Below, piece after piece: positions 42,611-56,864 of a DNA stretch of 64,000 bases; the first letter of the stretch is position 1, and each line of letters opens with the position of its first letter. The notes beneath the pieces were generated by a model, which had not been told where the DNA came from, did no database searches, and saw only the letters and a program-made list of their open reading frames with translations. The DNA lies in the NCBI RefSeq assembly GCF_009914755.1, contig NC_060948.1. One strand, 5' to 3'. Made by a program: the position numbers and the translations under genes. Source of the DNA: the human T2T-CHM13v2.0 reference genome, Homo sapiens.

Positions 42611-45600
42611 GGACTAGAATGGAATGGATTCGAATGGAAGGCAAAGGAATGGAATCTATTGGAATGGACTGTAATGGAATGGAATGGAAAGGATTGGAAT
42701 GGACTCGAATGGAATGGACTGCAATAGAAAGGATTCGAATGGAATGAAAAATAATTGAATGGAATAGAACAGAATGGAATCAAATCGAATGAAATGGAAT
42801 GGAATAGAAAGGAATGGAATGAAATGGAATGGAAAGGATTCGAATGGAATGCAATCGAATGGAATGGAATCGAACGGAATGGAATAAAATGGAAGAAAAC
42901 TGGCAAGAAATGGAATCGAAATGAATGGAGTGTTATGGAACGGACTCAAAAGGAATTGAATGTAATAGAATGGAGTGGAGTGGACTCGAATATAATGGAA
43001 TGGAATGGAATGAAATCACAAGGAATGGGAACGAATGGAATGGAATGGAAAGGAATGGAATCGAATGGAAAGGAATCGAATGGAAGGGAATGAAATTGAA
43101 TCAACAGGAATGGAAGGGAATAGAATAGACGGTAATGGAATGGACTCGAATAGAATGGACACGAATGCTCAAATTGAATGGACTCGAATGGAATGGAAAC
43201 GAAAGGAATGTCATCGAATGGAATTGAATGGATTGGAATGAAATCGCATAGAATGGAGTGGAATCAAATGGAATTGAATCGAAAGGAAAGGAAGCGAATG
43301 GACTGAAATGAAATGGAATGGAATTGAATGGAAAGTAATGCAATGGAATAGAATGGAACGAAATTTCACGGAATGGAATCAAACTGAATGGAATCAAATC
43401 AATGGAATCAAATCAAATGGAATGGAAAGGAATTGAATGGAGTAGATTGGATTGGATGGGATTGGAATGAAATGTACTGGAAAGGACTCGAATTTCATGA
43501 AACGGAATGGAATGAATTGGAACGGAATGGACTCGAATGGAATGGAATGTCATGGAATGGCATCAAATGGAATGGCATCAAATGGAATGGAATCGAATGC
43601 AATGGAATGCTATGGAATGGAATGGAATGCATTGGAATGGAATGTCCTCTAATGGAATGGATTCGAGTGGAATGGAATCGAATATAATGGAGTCGAATGA
43701 AATGGAATTGAAAGGAATGGGATCGAATACAATGGAATATACTGGAATGTAATGTAATGAACTCGAATGTAATTGACTGGAATGGAATGTACATGAATGG
43801 AATGTAATCGAATGGAAAGTAATCCAATGGAATAGAATCTAATGCAATAAAACCGACTCAGAGTAGAATGTAATGGAATGGAGTGCAGTGCAATGGAATG
43901 GAATGGAATGGAATGCAATGGAATGGAATGGAATGGAATGGAATGGAATGGGATGGAATGGGATGGAATGGGATGGAATGGATAGTAATGGACTGGAGTG
44001 AAATGGACTGGAAAGGAATGGACTCAAATTGAAAGGGCTCGAAAGGAATGGAGTCAAATGGAATGGTCTGGAATGGAATGAACACGAATGTAATGCAATC
44101 CAATAGAATGGAATCGAATGGCATGGAATATAAAGAAATGGAATCGAAGAGAATGGAAACAAATGGAATGGAATTGAATGGAATGGAATTGAATGGAATG
44201 GGAACGAATGGAGTGAAATTGTATGCAGTAGAAGGGAATAGAATGGAATGCAAGCGAAAGGAAAGGAATGGATTGGAATGGAATGGAATTCATTGGAATG
44301 GAAGGGAATGTAGTGTAATGGACAGGCCTGGAATAAAGTGGAATGCTACGGTCTCGAATGGAATAAAAATGTATGGAATGGAATGCAATGAAACGGAATC
44401 GAATGTCATAGAATGTAATGGAATGCAAAAAAATGGAATCCAAAATCATTGACTGGAAAGGCTGGGTGTCGAAAGGAATTGACTCCAATGGAATGGAATC
44501 GAATGGAATGGAAGTGAATAGAATCGAACTAAATCGAATGGAATGGAATTGATAGGAACGGAATGGAAAGGAATGCAATGATTTGGCATGGAATGGAATC
44601 GAATGGCATCGAATGGAATGGAATGGAATGCAATGGAATGGAATGTATTAGAATGTAATGAACTTTAATGGAATGTACTCGAATGGATTCGACTGGAATG
44701 GAATGTTCTGGAAGTGAATGGACTCCAATGGAATGGATTCAAAAGGAATGGAATCGTACGGAATGGAATCTAATGGAATGGAATTAAATGGAAATGAATC
44801 AAATTGAATAGCACGGAATTGAATTGAATGGAATGGAATGTAATGGAATCTAATGAAACGGAAAGGAAAGGAATGGAATGGAATGGAAAGGGCTGGAATG
44901 GAAAGGAATCGAAACGAATGGAATGGAATCGAACTGAAGAGACTGGAATGGAATGCACTGGAATGGAAGGGAGTGTAATGGAAGGTTCTCGAAAAAAATG
45001 GAATCGAATGGAATGGAATTGAATGGAACGGAATAGAGTCGAATGGAATTGAATGGAATGGAATGGACTAGAGTGAAATGGAATCGAACCAAAAGGAATG
45101 GACAGGAATAGAATGGTCTCGAATTGAATGGAATCGTATGGAATGGCATCAAACGGAATGGAATGGACAGCCACGGAATGGAATGCACTCGAATGCAATG
45201 GAGTCGAAACGTCGAAACTAATGGACTGGAATAGAATGGACTCGACTGGTACGGACTCCAATGGAATGGAATCGAATGGAAGGGAATCGAACGGAATGGA
45301 CTCGAAGGGAAAAGACTGCAATGGAAAGGTCTCGAATGGAATGGAAATTAATGGAATGGAATGGAATCGAATGAAATGGAGTCAAAAGGAATGGAATCGA
45401 ATGGCAAGAAATCGAATGTAATGGAATCGCAAGGAATTGATGTGAACGGAACGGAATGGAATGGAATCCAAAGGAATGGAATAGAATGGAATGGAATCGA
45501 ATGGAAAGGACTCGAATGGAAATCACTCGAATAGAATGCAATTTAATAAAATAGGATCAAATGTAATGGAATGGAATGGAAAGGAATCGAAACGAAAGGA

Positions 45601-46178
45601 ATGGAGACAGATGGAATGGAATGGAACAGAGAGCAATGGTATAGAATGGAATGGAATCATCTGGAATGGAATTGAATGGAATGGAATAATATGAAATGGA
45701 ATGGAATGGAATGGAATGGAATGTCCTTGAATTAAATGGACTGGAATGGAATGGACTCGAACAGAGTGGAATGGAAAGTGTTGAGATAGAATGGAATGGA
45801 CTCCTTTGGAATGGTGTAGTATGCAATGCAATCGACTGGCAGGGAATCAAAAGGAATGTAATGGAATGGATTGGACTGGAATGCAATGGACTCGAATAGA
45901 TTGGAAACGGAATGCAAAGGAATGGAATGGAATAGTATGGAATGGAATGGAAAGGAATGGAGTGGAATAGACTAGAGTGGAATGGAATGGACTGGAAAGC
46001 AATGGACTGGAATGGAACTTTCTTGAATGGACTGGAATCAAACGGAATGGAATGCAATGCAATCAAATGGCATGGAATAAAATAGAATGAAAGAGAATCA
46101 AATGGAATTGAATCGAATGGAATCGAATGGATTGGAAAGGAATAGAATGGAATGGAATGGAATTGACTCAAATGGAAT
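42611..46178 (+). repeat. DYZ1 unit U13 (3568 bp), haplotype B
   Basis: Landmark recurrence; GGCC at 44325; private 4-bp deletion (~43860) and 8-bp duplication (45203-45218). Confidence 0.9.
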
Positions 46179-49100
46179 GGACTAGAATGGAATGGATTCG
46201 AATGGAAGGCAAAGGAATGGAATCTATTGGAATGGACTGTAATGGAATGGAATGGAAGGGATTGGAATGGACTCGAATGGAATGGACTGCAATAGAAAGG
46301 ATTCGAATGGAATGAAAAAGAATTGAATGGAATAGAACAGAATGGAATCAAATCGAATGAAATGGAATGGAATAGAAAGGAATGGAATGAAATGGAATGG
46401 AAAGGATTCGAATGGAATGCAATCGAATGGAATGGAATCGAACGGAATGGAATAAAATGGAAGAAAACTGGCAAGAAATGGAATCGAAATGAATGGAGTG
46501 TTATGGAACGGACTCAAAAGGAATTGAATGTAATAGAATGGAGTGGAGTGGACTCGAATATAATGGACTGGAATGGAATGAAATCACAAGGAATGGGAAC
46601 GAATGGAATGGAATGGAAAGGAATGGAATCGAATGGAAAGGAATCGAATGGAAGGGAATGAAGTTGAATCAACAGGAATGGAAGGGAATAGAATAGACGG
46701 TAATGGAATGGACTCGAATAGAATGGACACGAATGCTCAAATTGAATGGACTCGAATGGAATGGAAACGAAAGGAATGTCATCGAATGGAATTGAATGGA
46801 TTGGAATGAAATCGCATAGAATGGAGTGGAATCAAATGGAATTGAATCGAAAGGAAAGGAAGCGAATGGACTGAAATGAAATGGAATGGAATTGAATGGA
46901 AAGTAATGCAATGGAATAGAATGGAACGAAATTTCACGGAATGGAATCAAACTGAATGGAATCAAATCAATGGAATCAAATCAAATGGAATGGAAAGGAA
47001 TTGAATGGAGTAGATTGGATTGGATGGGATTGGAATGAAATGTACTGGAAAGGACTCGAATTTCATGAAACGGAATGGAATGAATTGGAACGGAATGGAC
47101 TCGAATGGAATGGAATGTCATGGAATGGCATCAAATGGAATGGCATCAAATGGAATGGAATCGAATGCAATGGAATGCTATGGAATGGAATGGAATGCAT
47201 TGGAATGGAATGTCCTCTAATGGAATGGATTCGAGTGGAATGGAATCGAATATAATGGAGTCGAATGAAATGGAATTGAAAGGAATGGGATCGAATACAA
47301 TGGAATATACTGGAATGTAATGTAATGAACTCGAATGTAATTGACTGGAATGGAATGTACATGAATGGAATGTAATCGAATGGAAAGTAATCCAATGGAA
47401 TAGAATCTAATGCAATAAAACCGACTCAGATAGAGTAGAATGTAATGGAATGGAGTGCAGTGCAATGGAATGGAATGGAATGGAATGCAATGGAATGGAA
47501 TGGAATGGAATGGAATGGAATGGGATGGAATGGGATGGAATGGGATGGAATGGATAGTAATGGACTGGAGTGAAATGGACTGGAAAGGAATGGACTCAAA
47601 TTGAAAGGGCTCGAAAGGAATGGAGTCAAATGGAATGGTCTGGAATGGAATGAACACGAATGTAATGCAATCCAATAGAATGGAATCGAATGGCATGGAA
47701 TATAAAGAAATGGAATCGAAGAGAATGGAAACAAATGGAATGGAATTGAATGGAATGGAATTGAATGGAATGGGAACGAATGGAGTGAAATTGTATGCAG
47801 TAGAAGGGAATAGAATGGAATGCAAGCGAAAGGAAAGGAATGGATTGGAATGGAATGGAATTCATTGGAATGGAAGGGAATGTAGTGTAATGGACAGGCC
47901 TGGAATAAAGTGGAATGCTACGGTCTCGAATGGAATAAAAATGTATGGAATGGAATGCAATGAAACGGAATCGAATGTCATAGAATGTAATGGAATGCAA
48001 AAAAATGGAATCCAAAATCATTGACTGGAAAGGCTGGGTGTCGAAAGGAATTGACTCCAATGGAATGGAATCGAATGGAATGGAAGTGAATAGAATCGAA
48101 CTAAATCGAATGGAATGGAATTGATAGGAACGGAATGGAAAGGAATGCAATGATTTGGCACGGAATGGAATCGAATGGCATCGAATGGAATGGAATGGAA
48201 TGCAATGGAATGGAATGCATTAGAATGTAATGAACTTTAATGGAATGTACTCGAATGGATTCGACTGGAATGGAATGTTCTGGAAGTGAATGGACTCCAA
48301 TGGAATGGATTCCAAAGGAATGGAATCGTACGGAATGGAATCTAATGGAATGGAATTAAATGGAAATGAATCAAATTGAATAGCACGGAATTGAATTGAA
48401 TGGAATGGAATGCAATGGAATCTAATGAAACGGAAAGGAAAGGAATGGAATGGAATGGAATGGGCTGGAATGGAAAGGAATCGAAACGAATGGAATGGAA
48501 TCGAACTGAAGAGACTGGAATGGAATGCACTGGAATGGAAGGGAGTGTAATGGAAGGTTCTCGAAAAAAATGGAATCGAATGGAATGGAATTGAATGGAA
48601 CGGAATAGAGTCGAATGGAATTGAATGGAATGGAATGGACTAGAGTGAAATGGAATCGAACCACAAGGAATGGACAGGAATAGAATGGTCTCGAATTGAA
48701 TGGAATCGTATGGAATGGCATCAAACGGAATGGAATGGACAGCCACGGAATGGAATGCACTCGAATGCAATGGAGTCGAAACTAATGGACTGGAATAGAA
48801 TGGACTCGACTGGTACGGACTCCAATGGAATGGAATCGAATGGAAGGGAATCGAACGGAATGGACTCGAAGGGAAAAGACTGCAATGGAAAGGTCTCGAA
48901 TGGAATGGAAATTAATGGAATGGAATGGAATCGAATGAAATGGAGTCAAAAGGAATGGAATCGAATGGCAAGAAATCGAATGTAATGGAATCGCAAGGAA
49001 TTGATGTGAGCGGAACGGAATGGAATGGAATCCAAAGGAATGGAATAGAATGGAATGGAATCGAATGGAAAGGACTTGAATGGAAATCACTCGAATAGAA

Positions 49101-49727
49101 TGCAATTTAATAAAATAGGATCAAATGTAATGGAATGGAATGGAAAGGAATCGAAACGAAAGGAATGGAGACAGATGGAATGGAATGGAACAGAGAGCAA
49201 TGGTATAGAATGGAATGGAATCATCTGGAATGGAATTGAATGGAATGGAATAATATGAAATGGAATGGAATGGAATGGAATGGAATGCCCTTGAATTAAA
49301 TGGACTGGAATGGAATGGACTCGAACAGAGTGGAATGGAAAGTGTTGAGATAGAATGGAATGGACTCCTTTGGAATGGTGTAGTATGCAATGCAATCGAC
49401 TGGCAGGGAATCAAAAGGAATGTAATGGAAGGGATTGGACTGGAATGCAATGGACTCGAATAGATTGGAAACGGAATGCAAAGGAATGGAATGGAATAGT
49501 ATGGAATGGAATGGAAAGGAATGGAGTGGAATAGACTAGAGTGGAATGGAATGGACTGGAAAGCAATGGACTGGAATGGAACTTTCTTGAATGGACTGGA
49601 ATCAAACGGAATGGAATGCAATGCAATCAAATGGCATGGAATAAAATAGAATGAAAGAGAATCAAATGGAATTGAATCGAATGGAATCGAATGGATTGGA
49701 AAGGAATAGAATGGAATGGAATGGAAT
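46179..49727 (+). repeat. DYZ1 unit U14 (3549 bp), haplotype B
   Basis: Landmark recurrence; GGCC at 47897; shares U11 private variants; 15-bp deletion near 49720. Confidence 0.9.
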
Positions 49728-52700
49728 GGACTAGAATGGAATGGATTCGAATGGAAGGCAAAGGAATGGAATCTATTGGAATGGACTGTAATGGAATGGA
49801 ATGGAAGGGATTGGAATGGACTCGAATGGAATGGACTGCAATAGAAAGGATTCGAATGGAATGAAAAAGAATTGAATGGAATAGAACAGAATGGAATCAA
49901 ATCGAATGAAATGGAATGGAATAGAAAGGAATGGAATGAAATGGAATGGAAAGGATTCGAATGGAATGCAATCGAATGGAATGGAATCGAACGGAATGGA
50001 ATAAAATGGAAGAAAACTGGCAAGAAATGGAATCGAAATGAATGGAGTGTTATGGAACGGACTCAAAAGGAATTGAATGTAATAGAATGGAGTGGAGTGG
50101 ACTCGAATATAATGGACTGGAATGGAATGAAATCACATGGAATGGGAACGAATGGAATGGAATGGAAAGGAATGGAATCGAATGGAAAGGAATCGAATGG
50201 AAGGGAATGAAATTGAATCAACAGGAATGGAAGGGAATAGAATAGACGGTAATGGAATGGACTCGAATAGAATGGACACGAATGCTCAAATTGAATGGAC
50301 TCCAATGGAATGGAAACGAAAGGAATGTCATCGAATAGAATTGAATCGACTGGAATGAAATCGCAAGAATGGAGTGGAATCAAATGGAATTGAATCGAAA
50401 GGAAAGGAAGCGAATGGACTGAAATGAAATGGAATGGAATTGAATGGAAAGTAATGCAATGGAATAGAATGGAACGAAATTTCACGGAATGGAATCAAAC
50501 TGAAAGGAATCAAATCAATGGAATCTAATCAAATGGAATGGAAGGGAATTGAATGGAGTAGATTGGATTGGATGGGATTGGAGTGAAATGTACTGGAAAG
50601 GACTCGAATTTCATGAAACGGAATGGAATGAATTGGAACGGAATGGACTCGAATGGAATGGAATGTCATGGAATGGCATCAAATGGAATGGCATCAAATG
50701 GAATGGAATCGAATGCAATGGAATGCTATGGAATGGAATGGAATGCATTGGAATGGAATGTCCTCTAATGGAATGGATTCGAGTGGAATGGAATCGAATA
50801 TAATGGAGTCGAATGAAATGGAATTGAAAGGAATGGGATCGAATACAATGGAATATGCTGGAATGTAATGTAATGAACTCGAATGTAATTGACTGGAATG
50901 GAATGTACATGAATGGAATGTAATCGAATGGAAAGTAATCCAATGGAATAGAATCTAATGCAATAAAATCGACTCAGATAGAGTAGAATGTAATGGAATG
51001 GAGTGCAGTACAATGGAATGGAATGGAATGCAATGGAATGGAATGGAATGGAATGGAATGGAATGGAATGGAATGGGATGGAATGGGATGGAATGGTATG
51101 GAGTGGATAGTAATGGACTGGAGTGAAATGGACTGGAAAGGAATGGACTCAAATTGAAAGGGCTCGAAAGGAATGGAGTGAAATGGAATGGTCTGGAATG
51201 GAATGAACACGAATGTAATGCAATCCAATAGAATGGAATCGAATGGCATGGAATATAAAGAAATGGAATCGAAGAGAATGGAAACAAATGGAATGGAATT
51301 GAATGGAATGGAATTGAATGGGATGGGAACGAATGGAGTGAAATTGTATGCAGTAGAAGGGAATAGAATGGAATGCAAGCGAAAGGAAAGGAATGGATTG
51401 GAATGGAATGGAATTCATTGGAATGGAAGGGAATGTAGTGTAATGGACAGGCCTGGAATAAAGTGGAATGCTACGGTCTCGAATGGAATAAAAATGTATG
51501 GAATGGAATGCAATGAAACGGAATCGAATGTCATAGAATGTAATGGAATGCAAAAAAATGGAATCCAAAATCATTGACTGGAAAGGCTGGGTGTCGAAAG
51601 GAATTGACTCCAATGATATGGAATCGAATGGAATGGAAGTGAATAGAATCGAACTAAATCGAATGGAATGGAATTGATAGGAACGGAATGGAAAGGAATG
51701 CAATGAATTGGCATGGAATGGAATCGAATGGCATCGAATGGAATGGAATGGAATGCAATGGAATGGAATGTATTAGAATGTAATGAACTTTAATGGAATG
51801 TACTCGAATGGATTCGACTGGAATGGAATGTTCTGGAAGTGAATGGACTCCAATGGAATGGATTCAAAAGGAATGGAATCGTACGGAATGGAATCTAATG
51901 GAATGGAATTAAATGGAAATGAATCAAATTGAATAGCACGGAATTGAATTGAATGGAATTGAATGCAATGGAATCTAATGAAACGGAAAGGAAAGGAATG
52001 GAATGGAATGGAATGGGCTGGAATGGAAAGGAATCGAAACGAATGGAATGGAATCGAACTGAAGAGACTGGAATGGAATGCACTGGAATGGAAGGGAGTG
52101 TAATGGAAGGTTCTCGAAAAAAATGGAATCGAATGGAATGGAATTGAATGGAACGGAATAGAGTCGAATGGAATTGAATGGAATGGAATGGACTAGAGTG
52201 AAATGGAATCGAACCACAAGGAATGGACAGGAATAGAATGGTCTCGAATTGAATGGAATCGTATGGAATGGCATCAAACGGAATGGAATGGACAGCCACG
52301 GAATGGAATGCACTCGAATGCAATGGAGTCGAAACTAATGGACTGGAATAGAATGGACTCGACTGGTACGGACTCCAATGGAATGGAATCGAATGGAAGG
52401 GAATCGAACGGAATGGACTCGAAGGGAAAAGACTGCAATGGAAAGGTCTCGAATGGAATGGAAATTAATGGAATGGAATGGAATCGAATGAAATGGAGTC
52501 AAAAGGAATGGAATCGAATGGCAAGAAATCGAATGTAATGGAATCGCAAGGAATTGATGTGAATGGAGCGGAATGGAATGGAATCCAAAGGAATGGAATC
52601 GAATGGAAAGGACTCGAATGGAAATCACTCGAATAGAATGCAATTTAATAAAATAGGATCAAATGTAATGGAATGGAATGGAAAGGAATCGAAACGAAAG

Positions 52701-53280
52701 GAATGGAGACAGATGGAATGGAATGGAACAGAGAGCAATGGTATAGAATGGAATGGAATCATCTGGAATGGAATTGAATGGAATGGAATAATATGAAATG
52801 GAATGGAATGGAATGGAATGGAATGCCCTTGAATTAAATGGACTGGAATGGAATGGACTCGAACAGAGTGGAATGGAAAGTGTTGAGATAGAATGGAATG
52901 GACTCCTTTGGAATGGTGTAGTATGCAATGCAATCGACTGGCAGGGAATCAAAAGAAATGTAATGGAATGGATTGGACTGGAATGCAATGGACTCGAATA
53001 GATTGGAAACGGAATGCAAAGGAATGGAATGGAATAGTATGGAATGGAATGGAAAGGAATGGAGTGGAATAGACTAGAGTGGAATGGAATGGACTGGAAA
53101 GCAATGGACTGGAATGGAACTTTCTTGAATGGACTGGAATCAAACGGAATGGAATGCAATGCAATCAAATGGCATGGAATAAAATAGAATGAAAGAGAAT
53201 CAAATGGAATTGAATCGAATGGAATCGAATGGATTGGAAATTAATAGAATGGAATGGAATGGAATTGACTCGAATGGAAT
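49728..53280 (+). repeat. DYZ1 unit U15 (3553 bp), haplotype A
   Basis: Landmark recurrence; GGCC at 51450; shares U12 private variants. Confidence 0.9.
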
Positions 53281-56200
53281 GGACTAGAATGGAATGGATT
53301 CGAATGGAAGGCAAAGGAATGGAATCTATTGGAATGGACTGTAATGGAATGGAATGGAAAGGATTGGAATGGACTCGAATGGAATGGACTGCAATAGAAA
53401 GGATTCGAATGGAATGAAAAAGAATTGAATGGAATAGAACAGAATGGAATCAAATCGAATGAAATGAAATGGAATAGAAAGGAATGGAATGAAATGGAAT
53501 GGAAAGGATTCGAATGGAATGCAATCGAATGGAATGGAATCGAACGGAATGGAATAAAATGGAAGAAAACTGGCAAGAAATGGAATCGAAATGAATGGAG
53601 TGTTATGGAACGGACTCAAAAGGAATTGAATGTAATAGAATGGAGTGGAGTGGACTCGAATATAATGGAATGGAATGGAATGAAATCACAAGGAATGGGA
53701 ACGAATGGAATGGAATGGAAAGGAATGGAATCGAATGGAAAGGAATCGAATGGAAGGGAATGAAATTGAATCAACAGGAATGGAAGGGAATAGAATAGAC
53801 GGTAATGGAATGGACTCGAATAGAATGGACACGAATGCTCAAATTGAATGGACTCGAATGGAATGGAAACGAAAGGAATGTCATCGAATGGAATTGAATG
53901 GATTGGAATGAAATCGCATAGAATGGAGTGGAATCAAATGGAATTGAATCGAAAGGAAAGGAAGCGAATGGACTGAAATGAAATGGAATGGAATTGAATG
54001 GAAAGTAATGCAATGGAATAGAATGGAACGAAATTTCACGGAATGGAATCAAACTGAATGGAATCAAATCAATGGAATCAAATCAAATGGAATGGAAAGG
54101 AATTGAATGGAGTAGATTGGATTGGATGGGATTGGAATGAAATGTACTGGAAAGGACTCGAATTTCATGAAACGGAATGGAATGAATTGGAACGGAATGG
54201 ACTCGAATGGAATGGAATGTCATGGAATGGCATCAAATGGAATGGCATCAAATGGAATGGAATCGAATGCAATGGAATGCTATGGAATGGAATGGAATGC
54301 ATTGGAATGGAATGTCCTCTAATGGAATGGATTCGAGTGGAATGGAATCGAATATAATGGAGTCGAATGAAATGGAATTGAAAGGAGTGGGATCGAATAC
54401 AATGGAATATACTGGAATGTAATGTAATGAACTCGAATGTAATTGACTGGAATGGAATGTACATGAATGGAATGTAATCGAATGGAAAGTAATCCAATGG
54501 AATAGAATCTAATGCAATAAAACCGACTCAGATAGAGTAGAATGTAATGGAATGGAGTGCAGTGCAATGGAATGGAATGGAATGGAAGGCAATGGAATGG
54601 AATGGAATGGAATGGAATGGAATGGAATGGAATGGAATGGAATGGGATGGAATGGGATGGAATGGATAGTAATAGACTGGAGTGAAAGGGACTGGAAAGG
54701 AATGGACTCAAATTGAAAGGGCTCGAAAGGAATGGAGTCAAATGGAATGGTCTGGAATGGAATGAACACGAATGTAATGCAATCCAATAGAATGGAATCG
54801 AATGGCATGGAATATAAAGAAATGGAATAGAAGAGAATGGAAACAAATGGAATGGAATTGAATGGAATGGAATTGAATGGAATGGGAACGAATGGAGTGA
54901 AATTGTATGCAGTAGAAGGGAATAGAATGGAATGCAAGCGAAAGGAAAGGAATGGATTGGAATGGAATGGAATTCATTGGAATGGAAGGGAATGTAGTGT
55001 AATGGACAGGCCTGGAATAAAGTGGAATGCTACGGTCTCGAATGGAATAAAAATGTATGGAATGGAATGCAATGAAACGGAATCGAATGTCATAGAATGT
55101 AATGGAATGCAAAAAAATGGAATCCAAAATCATTGACTGGAAAGGCTGGGTGTCGAAAGGAATTGACTCCAATGGAATGGAATCGAATGGAATGGAAGTG
55201 AATAGAATCGAACTAAATCGAATGGAATGGAATTGATAGGAACGGAATGGAAAGGAATGCAATGATTTGGCATGGAATGGAATCGAATGGCATCGAATGG
55301 AATGGAATGGAATGCAATGGAATGGAATGTATTAGAATGTAATGAACTTTAATGGAATGTACTCGAATGGATTCGACTGGAATGGAATGTTCTGGAAGTG
55401 AATGGACTCCAATGGAATGGATTCAAAAGGAATGGAATCGTACGGAATGGAATCTAATGGAATGGAATTAAATGGAAATGAATCAAATTGAATAGCACGG
55501 AATTGAATTGAATGGAATGGAATGCAATGGAATCTAATGAAACGGAAAGGAAAGGAATGGAATGGAATGGAAAGGGCTGGAATGGAAAGGAATCGAAACG
55601 AATGGAATGGAATCGAACTGAAGAGACTGGAATGGAATGCACTGGAATGGAAGGGAGTGTAATGGAAGGTTCTCGAAAAAAATGGAATCGAATGGAATGG
55701 AATTGAATGGAACGGAATAGAGTCGAATGGAATTGAATGGAATGGAATGGACTAGAGTGAAATGGAATCGAACCACAAGGAATGGACAGGAATAGAATGG
55801 TCTCGAATTGAATGGAATCGTATGGAATGGCATCAAACGGAATGGAATGGACAGCCACGGAATGGAATGCACTCGAATGCAATGGAGTCGAAACTAATGG
55901 ACTGGAATAGAATGGACTCGACTGGTACGGACTCCAATGGAATGGAATCGAATGGAAGGGAATCGAACGGAATGGACTCGAAGGGAAAAGACTGCAATGG
56001 AAAGGTCTCGAATGGAATGGAAATTAATGGAATGGAATGGAATCGAATGAAATGGAGTCAAAAGGAATGGAATCGAATGGCAAGAAATCGAATGTAATGG
56101 AATCGCAAGGAATTGATGTGAACGGAACGGAATGGAATGGAATCCAAAGGAATGGAATAGAATGGAATGGAATCGAATGGAAAGGACTCGAATGGAAATC

Positions 56201-56864
56201 ACTCGAATAGAATGCAATTTAATAAAATAGGATCAAATGTAATGGAATGGAATGGAAAGATATCGAAACGAAAGGAATGGAGACAGATGGAATGGAATGG
56301 AACAGAGAGCAATGGTATAGAATGGAATGGAATCATCTGGAATGGAATTGAATGGAATGGAATAATATGAAATGGAATGGAATGGAATGGAATGGAATGG
56401 AATGGAATGCCCTTGAATTAAATGGACTGGAATGGAATGGACTCGAACAGAGTGGAATGGAAAGTGTTGAGATAGAATGGAATGGACTCCTTTGGAATGG
56501 TGTAGTATGCAATGCAATCGACTGGCAGGGAATCAAAAGGAATGTAATCGAATGGATTGGACTGGAATGCAGTGGACTCGAATAGATTGGAAACGGAATG
56601 CAAAGGAATGGAATGGAATAGTATGGAATGGAATGGAAAGGAATGGAGTGGAATAGACTAGAGTGGAATGGAATGGACTGGAAAGCAATGGACTGGAATG
56701 GAACTTTCTTGAATGGACTGGAATCAAACGGAATGGAATGCAATGCAATCAAATGGCATGGAATAAAATAGAATGAAAGAGAATCAAATGGAATTGAATC
56801 GAATGGAATCGAATGGATTGGAAAGGAATAGAATGGAATGGAATGGAATTGACTCAAATGGAAT
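53281..56864 (+). repeat. DYZ1 unit U16 (3584 bp), haplotype B
   Basis: Landmark recurrence; GGCC at 55009; same length and most markers as U9. Confidence 0.9.
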
